Shown: positions 50,337 through 62,708 of the stretch, in pieces
How positions within the stretch are numbered: the stretch's first letter is position 1
How the letters are laid out: the number at the start of each line of letters is the position of its first letter
Origin: Bugula neritina
Taxonomy: Eukaryota; Animalia; Bryozoa
Assembly (NCBI GenBank): GCA_964035545.1
Contig: OZ037772.1
Coordinates: 3,811,538-3,875,537 of the forward strand
Reading direction: 5' to 3'
DNA length: 64,000 bases
Notes under the pieces: generated by a model
What the model saw: the letters and a program-made list of their open reading frames with translations, nothing else
Told to the model about the DNA's origin: nothing
The model's database searches: none
Translations under genes and position numbers: made by a program

Positions 50337-51410
50337 TTAACTGCGGGCCGCACGCTTCATGCGTTTAATAGACTCCTGTAAATATTTGAGTTCACTGGAG
50401 GCTGTCTGTACCCGTGGGGCCAGCCTGTACACTTCTTGCTCCAAGTCATGCGCCCTAGCTTCTACCTCACGTAGGTTACGGGCCCAGGGGGACGAGCGAG
50501 AGGAAGTTGGCTGCCTGTGTCGTTTCCGCTCTGAGGATGGAAGAGGAGGAGGGAGTGTATACGCATTTGTGTCTACTCTCTGTAGTACGACACGAGGAAA
50601 GGTATGCGGCATGCGTATAGGACTGTGAGGTGGAGAGTTAGCAGACTGTGTAGGTTTATCTGCGGCTCCAGAGATGATGGGTCGCGGGGAAGGGAAGCCT
50701 TGCTCCAGGCGAGATAGCCGAGCTGAGTCAGTGATGAGTGGTTTGATGGCGTTGAGAAAGGCAGGATATGATGATTCGTCTACTTCATAGACATGTCCTT
50801 GATAGCACTGCATAGTACGTTGGTGCCGCAGTAGGTAATCACGATTATAGCTATATTCTCCGCAAGGGCAGAAAGTGGTGATGTAGTGCTGCGGCAAGTG
50901 CACCTTTAGTCTGCGGTGGGTTATGAATCGCTGCTGGCAGAGGTTGCATTCACGATTACTCTCACCTCCTTGATGGGTCCTGATTTCTCTCTCTGTGGCA
51001 GGGGTAATCCAGTTGGAGGTTGCTTCCAACTGGGGTGGCAGTTGCCTGGTGGTAGGAGCTGTTGGGGCCGGCTCTGGGTCCCATGCCATCTCTAGAGAAG
51101 GCATGTCCGTAGAGACGGGCGCGAGTGTGTCTACAAAAGTAGAATTATTGTTAGATCGCGGTGGATCTTTACAACATAATTCTAGTGACTGTCGACCGTT
51201 GCTAGCCTGAGAGTCACAGCTTTTGGAATGCACTCGAGGAACTGATGAATCATGTGTGGACTGACCAAGAACAGTGTCTAGCTCCAAGTCTAACAGACCG
51301 TCGGCCATTACAGTGTCTTCATCGTCATTCACATGAAACGTGGTTCCCAGTAATTCTGATTCAATCTGCTGAATTAGTTCAGAATTTACTGGCATCGAGC
51401 CCGTTTCCAT
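50337..51410 (-). CDS. Family B 3' accessory zinc-finger/coiled-coil protein (357 aa, intact)
   Basis: CNLC-x12-H-LPQ-H, CPC-x12-H-x5-C, ERKRHR, LREVEARAHDLEQEVYRL. Homologous along its length to 11221-12309. Confidence 0.87.
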   Translation of the reverse strand: METGSMPVNSELIQQIESELLGTTFHVNDDEDTVMADGLLDLELDTVLGQSTHDSSVPRVHSKSCDSQASNGRQSLELCCKDPPRSNNNSTFVDTLAPVSTDMPSLEMAWDPEPAPTAPTTRQLPPQLEATSNWITPATEREIRTHQGGESNRECNLCQQRFITHRRLKVHLPQHYITTFCPCGEYSYNRDYLLRHQRTMQCYQGHVYEVDESSYPAFLNAIKPLITDSARLSRLEQGFPSPRPIISGAADKPTQSANSPPHSPIRMPHTFPRVVLQRVDTNAYTLPPPLPSSERKRHRQPTSSRSSPWARNLREVEARAHDLEQEVYRLAPRVQTASSELKYLQESIKRMKRAARS

Positions 51411-51427
51411 GAATAGGAATACAAGAC

Positions 51428-54400
51428 TTATACTGGCTTACCTGGGAACTCGGTATTAATGTCCATACTCAACGTTCTTGGTAAGGTTGGAGCTGGTTGT
51501 GAGATACGTCTGCCTTTGGCGATGTCAGCATAAGAAAAGGCTGAGCATCGTTTCTGAGGCACGAGGTCGGAACTATTTGCTTTACGCGCATTAATTCCTC
51601 CCACTATTCCGCCCTCGCAAAAGTTGATATTTGCGTGGGGTTCACAACTCCAACATTTTATCGTACGGTTTTCCCCTAGACTTTCATGTGCGCCGCTTCT
51701 AATGCAGTCACATATGAAGTCTTTCAAATACGGTGGGGGTTTCCTCGTACGCTGTCCCCTTTCTAGGGGGGGTGACACGCTTGCCGGTTTGTTAGTAGGG
51801 GCCTCTAATGGCGTCTCTACTTCACCGTTAGTGGTCACCTCTTCTTGTTCTCCGGATGGAGCCCCTCCCTCCGTGGGGGTTTGCACTTCCGGAACCGGCT
51901 CGGTTTCTGGAAGTGATGGAATTAGACTTGGCGGTGGCGGACACGCTTCTGTTGACAAAAGCTGCCGCTCCTCTCTCACCAAGTTTTCCTCCCGCGGTAT
52001 GACCACTTCGTATTCGGGTCCATGCCGCCGTCGCCCGCGCGTCGTTGTCTGCCTCCTGGGCTCTAACAACGGGGGGGGCTTCTCCCACTCCGTCAGGGCT
52101 AGCCCAATACGGTTTCAAGTGGGACTCATTCTGAATAGACACCTGTCCTGAGCGCTCAATCTTGTACGTATGATTGGGCATAGCCTCGACGACCACGTAG
52201 GGGCCTACGAACTTAGGCTTCAGCTTATCAGCCTGTCCGCGGCGCCTACGGTAATTGACCATCCACACCTTATCTCCCCTTTGATAGAGAGGGGGTTCAT
52301 CGGAATCTTCGTGCCGCACCTTCCACTGCTGTTGACGCAGTATATCGTGTGCGCCCTTCATCCGTTCCACTAGTTCACTGGCATACTCGTGAACCGAGTT
52401 GTCTTGCTCTGGAACGTGATAGGTGAGATGGTCAGGGACACGAGTCTCTCTCCCGAGCATCAAGAGGTTTGGGGTCTCACCAGTACTGGTGTGTGGGGTG
52501 CTACGATATGCACGCATGACTTGCGGCAACACCGTATCCCATTCCTCTTGACCTCGTCCAAGGAGGAGACTCCGGAGTGCATCACCTAGCATCCGGTTAT
52601 TGCGCTCCACCACCCCGTTACCTTGAGGGTGGTAGGGGGTGGTCCTGCTCTGATTTACTCCCCAGAGGTGGCAAAGGTCGCTCATCAGTTGAGACTGGAA
52701 TTGAGCGCCTTGATCAGAGTGTATCTGTTCGGGAAGCCCAAAATAACAGAATACATGTTGGTCTAGTGCCCTGGCCACTGTTGGGCTGATGCATCTGGGA
52801 TAGCCAGAGCATCCGCCCACCTAGTAAAGTGGTCGGTTAGTACTAGAATCCAATTATTGCCTCTGGGGGTCAGGGGCATGGGTCCGACCAGGTCTACAGC
52901 GACTACTTGCCAGGGCCTACCAGCATATAGCCTCCGCCGTCCTGCTTCACCAGGGGGGCGGCTATGCTTACTGGCCTGGCAGATCTCACACTGTTTGACT
53001 CTGAGCCGGACGTCACGCTCCATCTGCGGCCAATACCACCGGAGTCGTAATTTGGATATCACTCGCTTGACCCCTGCGTGGGCCTGCTTGTGGGTATCCC
53101 AAATCAACTCACGGCGGATGGCTGTGGGGCAGACTACCCTCTTCCTTTCCGGGTGTCTGCCGCTGGCAGCTAGAGAGATGGTTAGCAACCCATCCTGCCC
53201 GATCCGCAGCGAGTCCCAACGCTGACAGTATAACCGGAACTCGGCGCATCCCTGTCGTATGCGTTCCTCGCTGGGTCGTCGCCCTTCCCTTTTGGCCCGG
53301 TATATGTCTGCCACGACTCCAGGCAGCTCTTCTTGGAGCTTCTTCAGCTCTCGAACATTACCGGCCAGTACAGGGTTGGCGCGGAGGTTTTGTACATCCT
53401 CCGGGGACTCGTCAACTCTTTGCCTGAGTTGACCTTGATCCCAGTCAAACGGTGCTCCGTGATGAGCCAGCGTCTCCAACTCACATCGTGGGGGACCTCC
53501 ATCCCTCCTCTCGATGTTGAGACACTGTTTGCAACCTCCGTCAGGTCGGCGACTCAACCCATCCGCATTGCTGTGTCTCTTGCCCGGTCGGTGTTCGATC
53601 CGGTACGAGAATTCAGCTAAGATTTCGAGCCACCGGGCGACCTGACTAGAGGGCTCTGCTCTCCTGCACAACCAGATCAGCGAGGCATGATCCGCACGCA
53701 GCCGGAACTTCCTGCCATATAGGTATGGTCTGAAGTGCTTCACTGACTTGATTACTGCCAGCAGCTCCTTGCGGGTAGTGCAGTAATTTCGTTCAGCGGG
53801 AGAGAGAGACTTGCTGTAGTAGGCTACTACTACCTCTCGGCCTTCCTGCACTTGTGACAGCACAGCGCCAACATTCTGGTCACTGGCGTCCGTGTCTAGG
53901 ATGTACTCCAGAGTGGGGTCTGGGTAGGCCAAGATGGGCGCCGTTAGGAGGCAGCCCTTGAGGCGGTCGAACGCTTCTTGTTCGACTGGAGTCCACTGCC
54001 ACGTCACTCCCTTTGCGGTAAGCCGGTTTAACGGCTGGGCTATGCCCGCAAAGTCTGGTATGTATTGCCTGTAATACCCTACCAGCCCCAAGAAAGCCCG
54101 GAGTCCGGTCAAGTCTTGGGGGGTGACCCAGTCTTCTACTGCCCGTACCTTTTCGGGATCCGTTGCCACGCCGTTTCGACCGACAACGTGCCCCAGGTAC
54201 TTGACCTCCGGCTGCAACAGAGCGCACTTGGAAGGTTTGAGCTTAAGACCAGCACCTCGGAGTCTCTCGAAAACCTCCTGCAGACGACTGACATGTGTCT
54301 CGAAGTCTGGAGAGATTACGATGACATCATCGAGGTAGACCAGCAGTGTCTTCCAATGGAGTCCGCTAAGGACTTGTTCCATCAGCCTCTGGAAGGTGGC

Positions 54401-56053
54401 TGGGGCGGAGGTTAACCCGAAGGGCAGCACCTTCCACTTCCACAAACCGTCCCGTGTGATAAACGCCGCTTTCTTTTGGGCGTCGGGACTCAGAGAAACC
54501 TGCCAATAGCCGCTTAGCAAGTCTAACGTACTGAAGTACTTGCTGCCGGCTAGGGCGTCCAATGACTCGTCAATACGAGGTAGAGGGTAGGCGTCCTGTA
54601 TGGTTACGCTATTGAGTTTGCGGTAGTCCACACAGAACCGCCAACTGCCGTCTTTCTTCCGGATCAGTACGACTGGCGAGCTCCACGCACTATGGGTGGG
54701 CTCTATCAGTCCCCGGTCCAGAAGATCCCGTACTTGTCGGCTAACCTCCTTCTCTTTCTCCGGCCCCAGCCTGCGCGTGGGCTGCCGGACAGGGACTGTC
54801 CCTGCAGTCAGCGGTATTTCGTGTCTGACAATTCCAGTCAGTCCCACGTCATGCTCTCCGCTGCTGAACACATCACCGTAGTCGCGTAGTAACTTGGCCA
54901 TAGCTTGGCGTTCTCTGTTACTCGCGCAGCCGCCACTGGCTGTTTCGTATAACTCCCGGAGATGTGTTGGGACTGCCCCTCGTCCCTGAATAGGGTGTCG
55001 AGGGGGTGCCTCCGTCGCGTCACCCAGCGACGGGCCCACGTCCCCTTCCTGGACGGAATGGAACCGGCCCAGCATTGACCCAGCTGAGAGCTCAATGGGC
55101 TCGGTAAAGGGGTTGACGCACTGCACTAAGACCTCCCCTCGCTCAGTTAGTCGGTTTAAACTGCTAGCGAGTTGGATCTTTTCGTGCGCGCTTTCAACGA
55201 CCCCGAGCCTGGCTATCCGGTTGCTGTTCACTCGGCAGTGGATAGTAGCTCTGGAGCGTCCGGGTACGGTGCAGTTTCGAACTACCTGAACACCGCCCAC
55301 CAGGGGACGCCCAAACTTATCCACACAGGCGAGTTCTCGCCCGCCCATCAGCACCACCGACTTACTGAAATCTATTCAGCACTGGTGCTGCTTCAAGAAG
55401 GGCATTCCGAGGATAGCATCTTCTTCCAGTTGACCTATGATAAAGGTCTCCTGTACAGCCTGATCTCGGACACGCCCAGGGAGCTCGATAATACCATAAA
55501 AGGGGATACATGACCCGTCTGCCAGGGTGCCATGTTCTCCAGTATACGGTCGTACTCTATCCCTGTCCCGGCGGGGCAGTGCCTCAAAGACTCTACGACT
55601 GAGAAGGTTGGTAGTACAACCGGAGTCGAGCAGGAAAGTGACGGCGTTGCCGGCCACCTTTCCGGGTAGGAAATAGCTCTCTCCATGTGGTTGTACTTTC
55701 ACCCCCCCCGCATGTGCTGTCCTGGTTTGACAGGACGGCGGGGGTTTCACCCGTGGTTTACGGGGCTTCTGGCGGCGAGGTTGGTGCCGGCGGGGTTTGG
55801 GCCTCTCCACTGGGCCTTCTGGCTCCATTTCAGTGGCGGGCTCCTCTTCCCGAGGTAACCGGTGAAACCGGTTAGCGAGTGGCAGGGAGAAGGTACTGGG
55901 CCGTTGTGCGGGCCTACTAGTCCTGCGTGGTACCTGCCACTCGGGTGAAATGTTCCGCCGTGTCCGTACGGACAGACGACGGCGCGTTCCACCATACTCC
56001 TTTAGTTGCGGCCCGCGGGGAGGGAGTGTGTCCGCGGGCCGTGACAGTTTAAC
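51428..56053 (-). pseudogene. B2 pol, disrupted
   Basis: CGA->TGA stop at 55376-55378, 1-nt deletion at ~52783-52785, 1-nt insertion in the G8 run at 52071-52078. The ORF pieces 55376-55828, 52763-55357, 51828-52820 and 51428-52069 tile the B1 Pol. Confidence 0.92.
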
Positions 56054-56868
56054 GCCCCCTGGTATTGGGGTCGTCCTTTCTGTCCCTGGTCCTGATCAGC
56101 GCTACTCCAGCCCTGCCCCACAGATGTTGGGGGCATCCGCAAGGCCTGACCGGGGCCAGCACCGGCCAGAATGGTTACCAATTGTCCCAGCATCTCTACC
56201 ATGCGGTCCACTTCGGCTTCCAGCGGGAGGGCTTTGGAGCCTGTCGTAGACCTGGCAGCGCTGACTCCAACTACTGGGGGGTTCCTTTGTGCTCGATGCA
56301 TTTGGGTAGCCAACAGGTAAGCTTCTCCAGCCTTCAGGGCATCCTCTATTCTGGTTATCCCTTTAGCTCGTAGGTGATGGTCTAGGCCCAGGTCGTTTAG
56401 GGACTGGACAAAGGCGTCATAGGTGTAACGCTCTTGGTGTTGTGCTGGCAGATCGCTATACGCAATCTGCGCCAGCTTCTTCACCGTCGCGGCATGTTCT
56501 TGCAGCGAGGTCCGCGGGGTGCGGCACAATCTCTCCAGCTTGGTCCTAGCGTCTATGACGGAGGTGCCAAAACGGGCCCGCAGCGCAGCCAGTATGCCGT
56601 CTACGTCCGTTCCCACTCCGTACGGCTTGGCTTGCTCCGTCACCGCCCTCCGCAATTGGATAAGGGCCACTCTATGCGGCCATTGAGCAACTTCCATTAC
56701 CTCTCTAAATTCTTGTATAAATTGTTCGACATCTTCCGACCCAGTAAAGGTGGGAGCTTTCAGGCAATGTCTATAAGCTTCTTCTCCTTCACGATTCACA
56801 GGATTAACAGCATTTCTACGCTCACCTTCTACTGGGGGTGGTTGCATTCTAGCATTTTCAGTCTCCAT
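56002..56868 (-). CDS. Family B Gag (288 aa), copy B2
   Basis: Differs from 15019-15885 at only a few residues. Confidence 0.9.
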   Translation of the reverse strand: METENARMQPPPVEGERRNAVNPVNREGEEAYRHCLKAPTFTGSEDVEQFIQEFREVMEVAQWPHRVALIQLRRAVTEQAKPYGVGTDVDGILAALRARFGTSVIDARTKLERLCRTPRTSLQEHAATVKKLAQIAYSDLPAQHQERYTYDAFVQSLNDLGLDHHLRAKGITRIEDALKAGEAYLLATQMHRAQRNPPVVGVSAARSTTGSKALPLEAEVDRMVEMLGQLVTILAGAGPGQALRMPPTSVGQGWSSADQDQGQKGRPQYQGALNCHGPRTHSLPAGRN

Positions 56869-58164
56869 CTTTGATATACACTATCCCACCGCTGCCACCA
56901 CTGTTATAGTTTTCAGATTTAGGGTTGATGTGCCACCAAGAGAGTCTATTTCACACTAGAGAAACTTCACCAATTAAGTCGAGTAGATATCGTTATATTT
57001 AATACAAGAATACATAATAAAAATCCAATGTACAACAGTAATGATACGCACGTCTATTTAGTTTACAGCACTATCCTCAACTGAGCTAGTAGCGCGAAGC
57101 GGCTACTATTACTAATAAAACAGTTCAGCTAATTGGCTAATACATTGTTCCGGGTCAATTACGCGACCCTACATGTTGTGCTGCTGGTAGTTCCACGAAC
57201 CACCACAATACCATCAGTATGAGTATCAAGTTTTAAGAGCAAAGGCGAAACTCAGAGTCAGACTCAAATACTAATACAGTAATACTAATAGTAATAGTGA
57301 ATTTATAATTATTAATTACTTATAGTAATAGTTATACTATTAATATTGATATTAAAAATTTAATGAGCTACATTTGGTTTTACTACCAAATACCAGTATC
57401 AGTAAAACATGAATACTATTCATTATTATTATCATTATGAGTAACCGTACCTCAAACTGTGAGTCATAGTGAGAGTCATTTAAATAGTTACTACTAGTAG
57501 TAGTAATATAGAATAGAATAGACTAACTCTAAGTCTAAGACATACTCCTAGTGATAGTATAAATATTATTATTATTAAATTGATAACTACAAATAATCCT
57601 GGCAACAAATCTAAGTTAGTAGCGTAAATGATTGTTTTGAGTATAATTACCTGTATTGTTGTGGTTTTCAAGCTCGAACGCTAAAGATAAAGATTAAGTT
57701 TAGCATTTATCACTAAAGGGCAAAACAGCTCAGTAACTATAAGCTAGCTTTGGATGGAACGCGATGAAAAACTAAAACTAGCCTTCGATTTTAAATATGA
57801 TGCTTCTGACAATACGAAGAAAGAGGTGTAAGCTAAATTTATTTGATAAAAAATAAATTTAGAAGATCTCACGCTATGAAAATGACTAAAATTGTCTTCT
57901 TTCTTTAATTGATAACTTCGCAAATTTTTCATCATTTAAAAAATTGAAAGCCTTAGTTACCAACTTTAAATGCAATTTTAGAGCTGAAGGAATCATCAAA
58001 TGCTTACGAAAGTTTGATTTTTGAAATCCTTGGATTTTTTTGTATTAGAAAAGTCTAAAACCTAAAAATTGGAAACTAATTTCAAATTTAGGTATTTCCA
58101 AATTAAACCTTCATTTACTACACTTTATAAACGCCGCCACATCCCCGGTTTTGTCGCGACTGGT

Positions 58165-58198
<34 letters not shown>

Positions 58199-58989
58199 TT
58201 AGCTGTAGCGTGAGTTTATTAAACAGCAGATAAAAAAGTGCTCAATTATTTACATGTACAATAGTGAGCCACTGAGACTATCATAAGTTTAGCTCACAAT
58301 CTAGTTTATGTTCTTGCTATGCTAATGTCATGTGGGTGGCATGCGTGTTGCCTACTTGTGATTGTTTAGCCTGAGATTATACTATGACTAATAAGGGCTG
58401 TGTCATCTATCAACATCCCATTATACAAAAAGCACACATCAAACTATTCACTAGCCTGTCAGCTAGCAGGCCTGTATAGCTGGTAACGTATGCATCAGTA
58501 TATTCTCATCACAACGTGTCCACTGACTGTAAAAAGTTATGACATTTAAATAATACTTGTCAAGAATAAGATAAAGCTTTCTGTAGGCCTATATAGCAGA
58601 GCATATCAAATATATACATATATTTTTAGACTGAACTAGGCATCTTTCACAAGTATAGCTGCTAGAAACTATTTAATGAAGACAAGTGGATACTTTGTAT
58701 GTTTATATCTTCTGCAGTAAGTAGTTAGAAATGATCCAATCAGAGCCTTGTTGTACTGATGTGGGAAGATGACAACTCCATATTTATAAAACACCAGTTT
58801 AGCAGCTCTTTGTGATGTGACCTATAGTATATGCGATATTATAATATAATATAATACAAATTATTATAATACAATATAATTTACGAATGACTAATAATTA
58901 CAATATAATGTAATATAATATAATATAATATAATACAATATTATATAATATAATTTATTCTTTTGTTTCAATACAAATCAAAAGGTTTT

Positions 58990-59243
58990 TCAACAATAAA
59001 TAATAGTAAATTATGCTGAAGAACTAATGTGGACTTGTAGAATAAGTTCGCAAGAGAAGTAACTCCTGATAAACATGATTAAACAGTCACAATAATATTC
59101 CTGAAAGATTCCTAGAGCCAAAAGTTCATACACTATTGTGATGCAGTAAGTATTCTATAGAGTTGGTATTGATATTGCAGTACAATTAGGTCATGAGCTT
59201 TCACCAGGCATTAAGTTTTTACCTCCACTGATGGATTAATCTT
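58990..59243 (+). repeat. ~250-bp dispersed direct repeat, second copy at ~47058-47312
   Basis: tagtaaattatgctgaagaactaatgtggacttgtag...cctccactgatgga.taatcttagg is nearly identical at both sites. Confidence 0.9.
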
Positions 59244-60125
59244 AGGGCTGCTACAGTTTATCGAATAATTGTGAACTATTTTGTATATACAATGCAAATT
59301 TCTTATAGAAAAGTGTCCAATTTTTGTTGAAGAAATTACTAAGATTTTTCTTTGAAATAAATGCTATATAATATGTTTAAAAATAAGATTTTAAAATTAT
59401 TGTATCAGCTTTTATTCATAGTAAAAGAATTAAATGCATGTAACTGTATATAACTGTATATCGCTGTAGATATTTATAAAAGAAGCGAGAGATGCAACTC
59501 CCAATAAATATTGAATCCAGAAATAATATTGAATAATAAAGACCATAAGCTAAAGATCATACAGCACTGTCAGCTTGTAATAAATAATATAGTATAAGAT
59601 TACTCAAATGAAAATACTATAAATTATGGTACATTTACATACAAAACATATTTGTGTAAAAGAGTATTTGAGTTACAGTTGAAAAAACTACTCAGTGTTA
59701 AAACAACATTTTATTGTAATTAAAGCTTTATTGTAACATATATACAAAAACCTTTTGTTAGTTACTAAAAAATTATGCTGAAAAAATAATAAAGGAAGTT
59801 AGCAGGGGAAGTAACTCCTAATAAACATGAATGTACCAAAAAAGCAATTTGATTGAAAATTTTATAGTTTGACATTCACATAACACACCACAGCAGTAAG
59901 TAATACTCATTGCTGTATAATCAGATAATTTACTTCTGTTACAACTTATGTTACACAATGCTGGTGCTAATTGAGCAATGTTATACAATTTCATGATATC
60001 AACGGCACCAGTGAAGTAGTGGTATCCAAATAAAACATGATATACACTTTTCACATGTGCCTTTAGGACATTAGCGTTCTTCAGTGTTTAGTTACTCAAT
60101 ATATACAATGCAAATATTTTTGTAG

Positions 60126-60602
60126 AAAGGTGCCAAATAGCTTTTGAAGCCCTCAACAATATTCTGTGAGGATAGGGGTGTGGGGGACACGGTAAACATA
60201 TCGGGACAGTCCAACAGCCTCTGCGTCAAAGTTCCTCCTTCTAGACTCAGTGAAGAATTGGCCAACCTTCTAAAAAGTTCCAACTGCTCAGACGTCACTC
60301 TGGCCATCGGACCGCGAAAGTTCAAAGTTCACAAGTCCATCCTCTCCGTCAGGTCTCTTGTCTTCAATGCTATGTTTGAGCATGAGATGGATAACAAACA
60401 GAATTTAGAATTTAGACAAGATGGTGGCTGACCTTCTCTCGGCAGCAGATAAGTACGCACTAGAGAAGAGTCCCTGTTTGGTAACCTCTCCATAGACAAT
60501 GTGTGTGAGGTGCCATGGTTCTAGCAGACCTCCACTCGGCTGAACAACTCAAAACACACGCTCTGGACTTTGTCAACAGCCACGTCACAGACGTCGTGGA
60601 AA
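60126..60602 (+). pseudogene. SPOP: SPOP/roadkill (MATH-BTB-BACK) pseudogene fragment
   Basis: TIFCE..VGDTVNISGQ...VKVPPSRLSEEL...SDVTL...FKVHKSILSVRSLVFNAMFEHEM, then after deletions/frameshifts [28 protein letters not shown] and [28 protein letters not shown]. Collinear with SPOP. Confidence 0.88.
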
Positions 60603-62493
60603 TGTGCCATGAAAAATGTGAAGAAACGTACCCTCAACATGTAGACATTGCATTGCCAATCTGAGTTAATGTCAAAGTTTAGCTCTATTTCCTAATGATA
60701 TGGACTTCCTTCTTGAATATCAATTGTACTGCTATCACAAACACTAGTTACAGTAGTATAAAAAAGATCAAATGGCTGAAATTATTGAAAACAAGCTGAC
60801 GAGAAAAAATACAGCATTTGGAAGTTTAAACTCAAGTAAGCAGTATAATAAGCGCCTCTACAGCTATGGAAGTAAGCATCTCGCAGCAACAAACTTGTCA
60901 AAAGTAGGAGTTATCTCCGCTCGACGAATGTTTACTTATGGTTTAGATTGGCAATGTTATTACTGCATAAACAATATAATATGCGGTTCTATGTGTATTG
61001 TGTAACAGTTAGCACTCAGGTTACTATTCTGTGAGACAAATTTGGGATTTGCTCTACCAAAAGAATTGAAACTATAATATATATGTTTTGTATAACATGT
61101 TTATCTATTTGATGATAATATTGAAGCAAGCAAAATTACAATAACAAAATATTACAAGACATTAACCAAACCAAAACAAAGATTATCCTAGCCATCCTTT
61201 GAAATCTTGCTGTGTAATACTAGCAAACATAAATTGATAAGTCTGACAATCGAGATAGATAAGTTATACAAATTAAATACATAAGAGAATTGCAGTTAGA
61301 ACATCAATATTAAAATATTTCCTTCAACGGAAATTTTTGTAACTTTAAAATAAATTCTCCAATTCAAATATTTCTCGAATATAAAATTGTGCAGCTTCAG
61401 AAATTCAAATATTTTCTCCAATATAATTTGTGAAGACTAGAAACAAATTTCTCAATTCAAATATAAATTTGTGCAGCTTTAAGATAAAATTTCTAATTCA
61501 AATATTTTCTTCAAATAAACTTATGCTGTTTCAAAATCAATAAATCAAATCAACAATTTTTCTTTAAATAATTTATGCCGCTTAAAAATTAATAGATCAA
61601 TTCAAACAAAATTTCCTCAAACAAGTTTTTGCTGCTTCTAAAGAAAACTAATACACTTGTTAGTCTAAATAACAAAGGAGGTTAAGAATATCCTTAACAT
61701 AAAATTGTAACATTACTTACTGCAGCCAGTCTATATTATGGATATTTGTATCAATTAGTCAGTTTTCTAGACGTCCCCCCCCTAATATAATTATCACTGC
61801 TGCTATATCTTCTATGCTCCAATCGTCTTTAGCTGCTTTTATATTCTTGTATATCTATCTTCATTCGTCATTTATCATTCATCCTTTTTCTATTTTCAGA
61901 AATTCAGCTCCTTTTGTACCAAATCTTTTTGGCAATGGTTCAGATTTTAAGGATACCGACAATAACTGGCCAATGAAAACCAGCGACAGACTGACGTAGA
62001 ACTCGGTTAGGTATGTTGGCAGCCAAGATAGGGATTGACGTAAAAAGGATCTGTTGTTATTGGCTCATCTTTGTATATTGTGGGCTATATAATCAATAAT
62101 TGTACAGCAATTCTTAATCTAAAAAATAACTTTAAAACTATAATATGATAAAATGTATCAGTCGATGCTCACGTGTTGACCTTTGTAACAGGCTGATCAA
62201 TGTCAAAAAATGTATATTAGGCGTTTGAAACATTATATCATCTACATGTTGGTGTAAACAAATATTTACACATATGTGTATCTCTATTTATGAACAGCAT
62301 CTGCTATATGTTTCAGCTTTTTTATTCATTCCCATTTGTTCATCAATTAGTGTTTTATTTCAAAAGTCAATATTACAAATTTCAACACGTGATCATGGCA
62401 TGTGGTACTATCCTAACACACAATTACTTATCTAAAAGCCACACTACTAAATAATACTATTTGCATTATCTAAAGAAGCTATAAAACCATGTG

Positions 62494-62497
<4 letters not shown>

Positions 62498-62537
<40 letters not shown>

Positions 62538-62641
62538 ATATATATATATATATAGTTTCTACTATCGCCAAGGTGTGGGCCATGGTACTCTGTGCTGATG
62601 AGGGGACAAACCCCGAAACAGCTGCTGTCCACAGATTGAGG

Positions 62642-62680
<39 letters not shown>

Positions 62681-62708
62681 TAAATATAATATATATATAT
62701 ATATATAT
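62498..62708. repeat. (TA)n tracts flanking a ~90-bp insert (62555-62645) containing the hammerhead
   Basis: Direct inspection. Confidence 0.85.
62589..62635 (+). ncRNA. Type I hammerhead ribozyme (Penelope-like/retrozyme-type minimal HHR)
   Basis: Stem I TCTGTG/CACAGA, core CTGATGA (62595-62601), stem II GGGG-ACAAA-CCCC, GAA, stem III ACAG-CTG-CTGT, GUC cleavage triplet ending at 62629. Confidence 0.88.

Larger units (their letters stand above)
49767..57207 (-). mobile_element. Ty3/Gypsy family B, copy B2 (full length, inverted relative to B1)
   Basis: 306-bp LTRs at 56902-57207 (5') and 49767-50072 (3'), identical by eye. TSD ATAC at 49763-49766 and 57208-57211. tRNA-Leu PBS 56883-56900. 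PPT 50073-50083. Confidence 0.97.
47597..58168. mobile_element. Possible old DNA-transposon remnant into which B2 inserted
   Basis: AAAATCGCGTTTAAAGTTGGCAAC (~47664-47686) is an imperfect inverted repeat of GTTACCAACTTTAAATGCAATTTT (~57956-57979). A terminus-like GC-rich end ...GTCGCGACTGGTCACA abuts (TA)n at 58168. Confidence 0.3.

Noticed and set aside
45321-58168. TGTGACCA ... TGGTCACA as termini of a 13-kb TA-flanked transposon
   Set aside because: Only 8 bp of inverted match with no extension, which is insufficient support.
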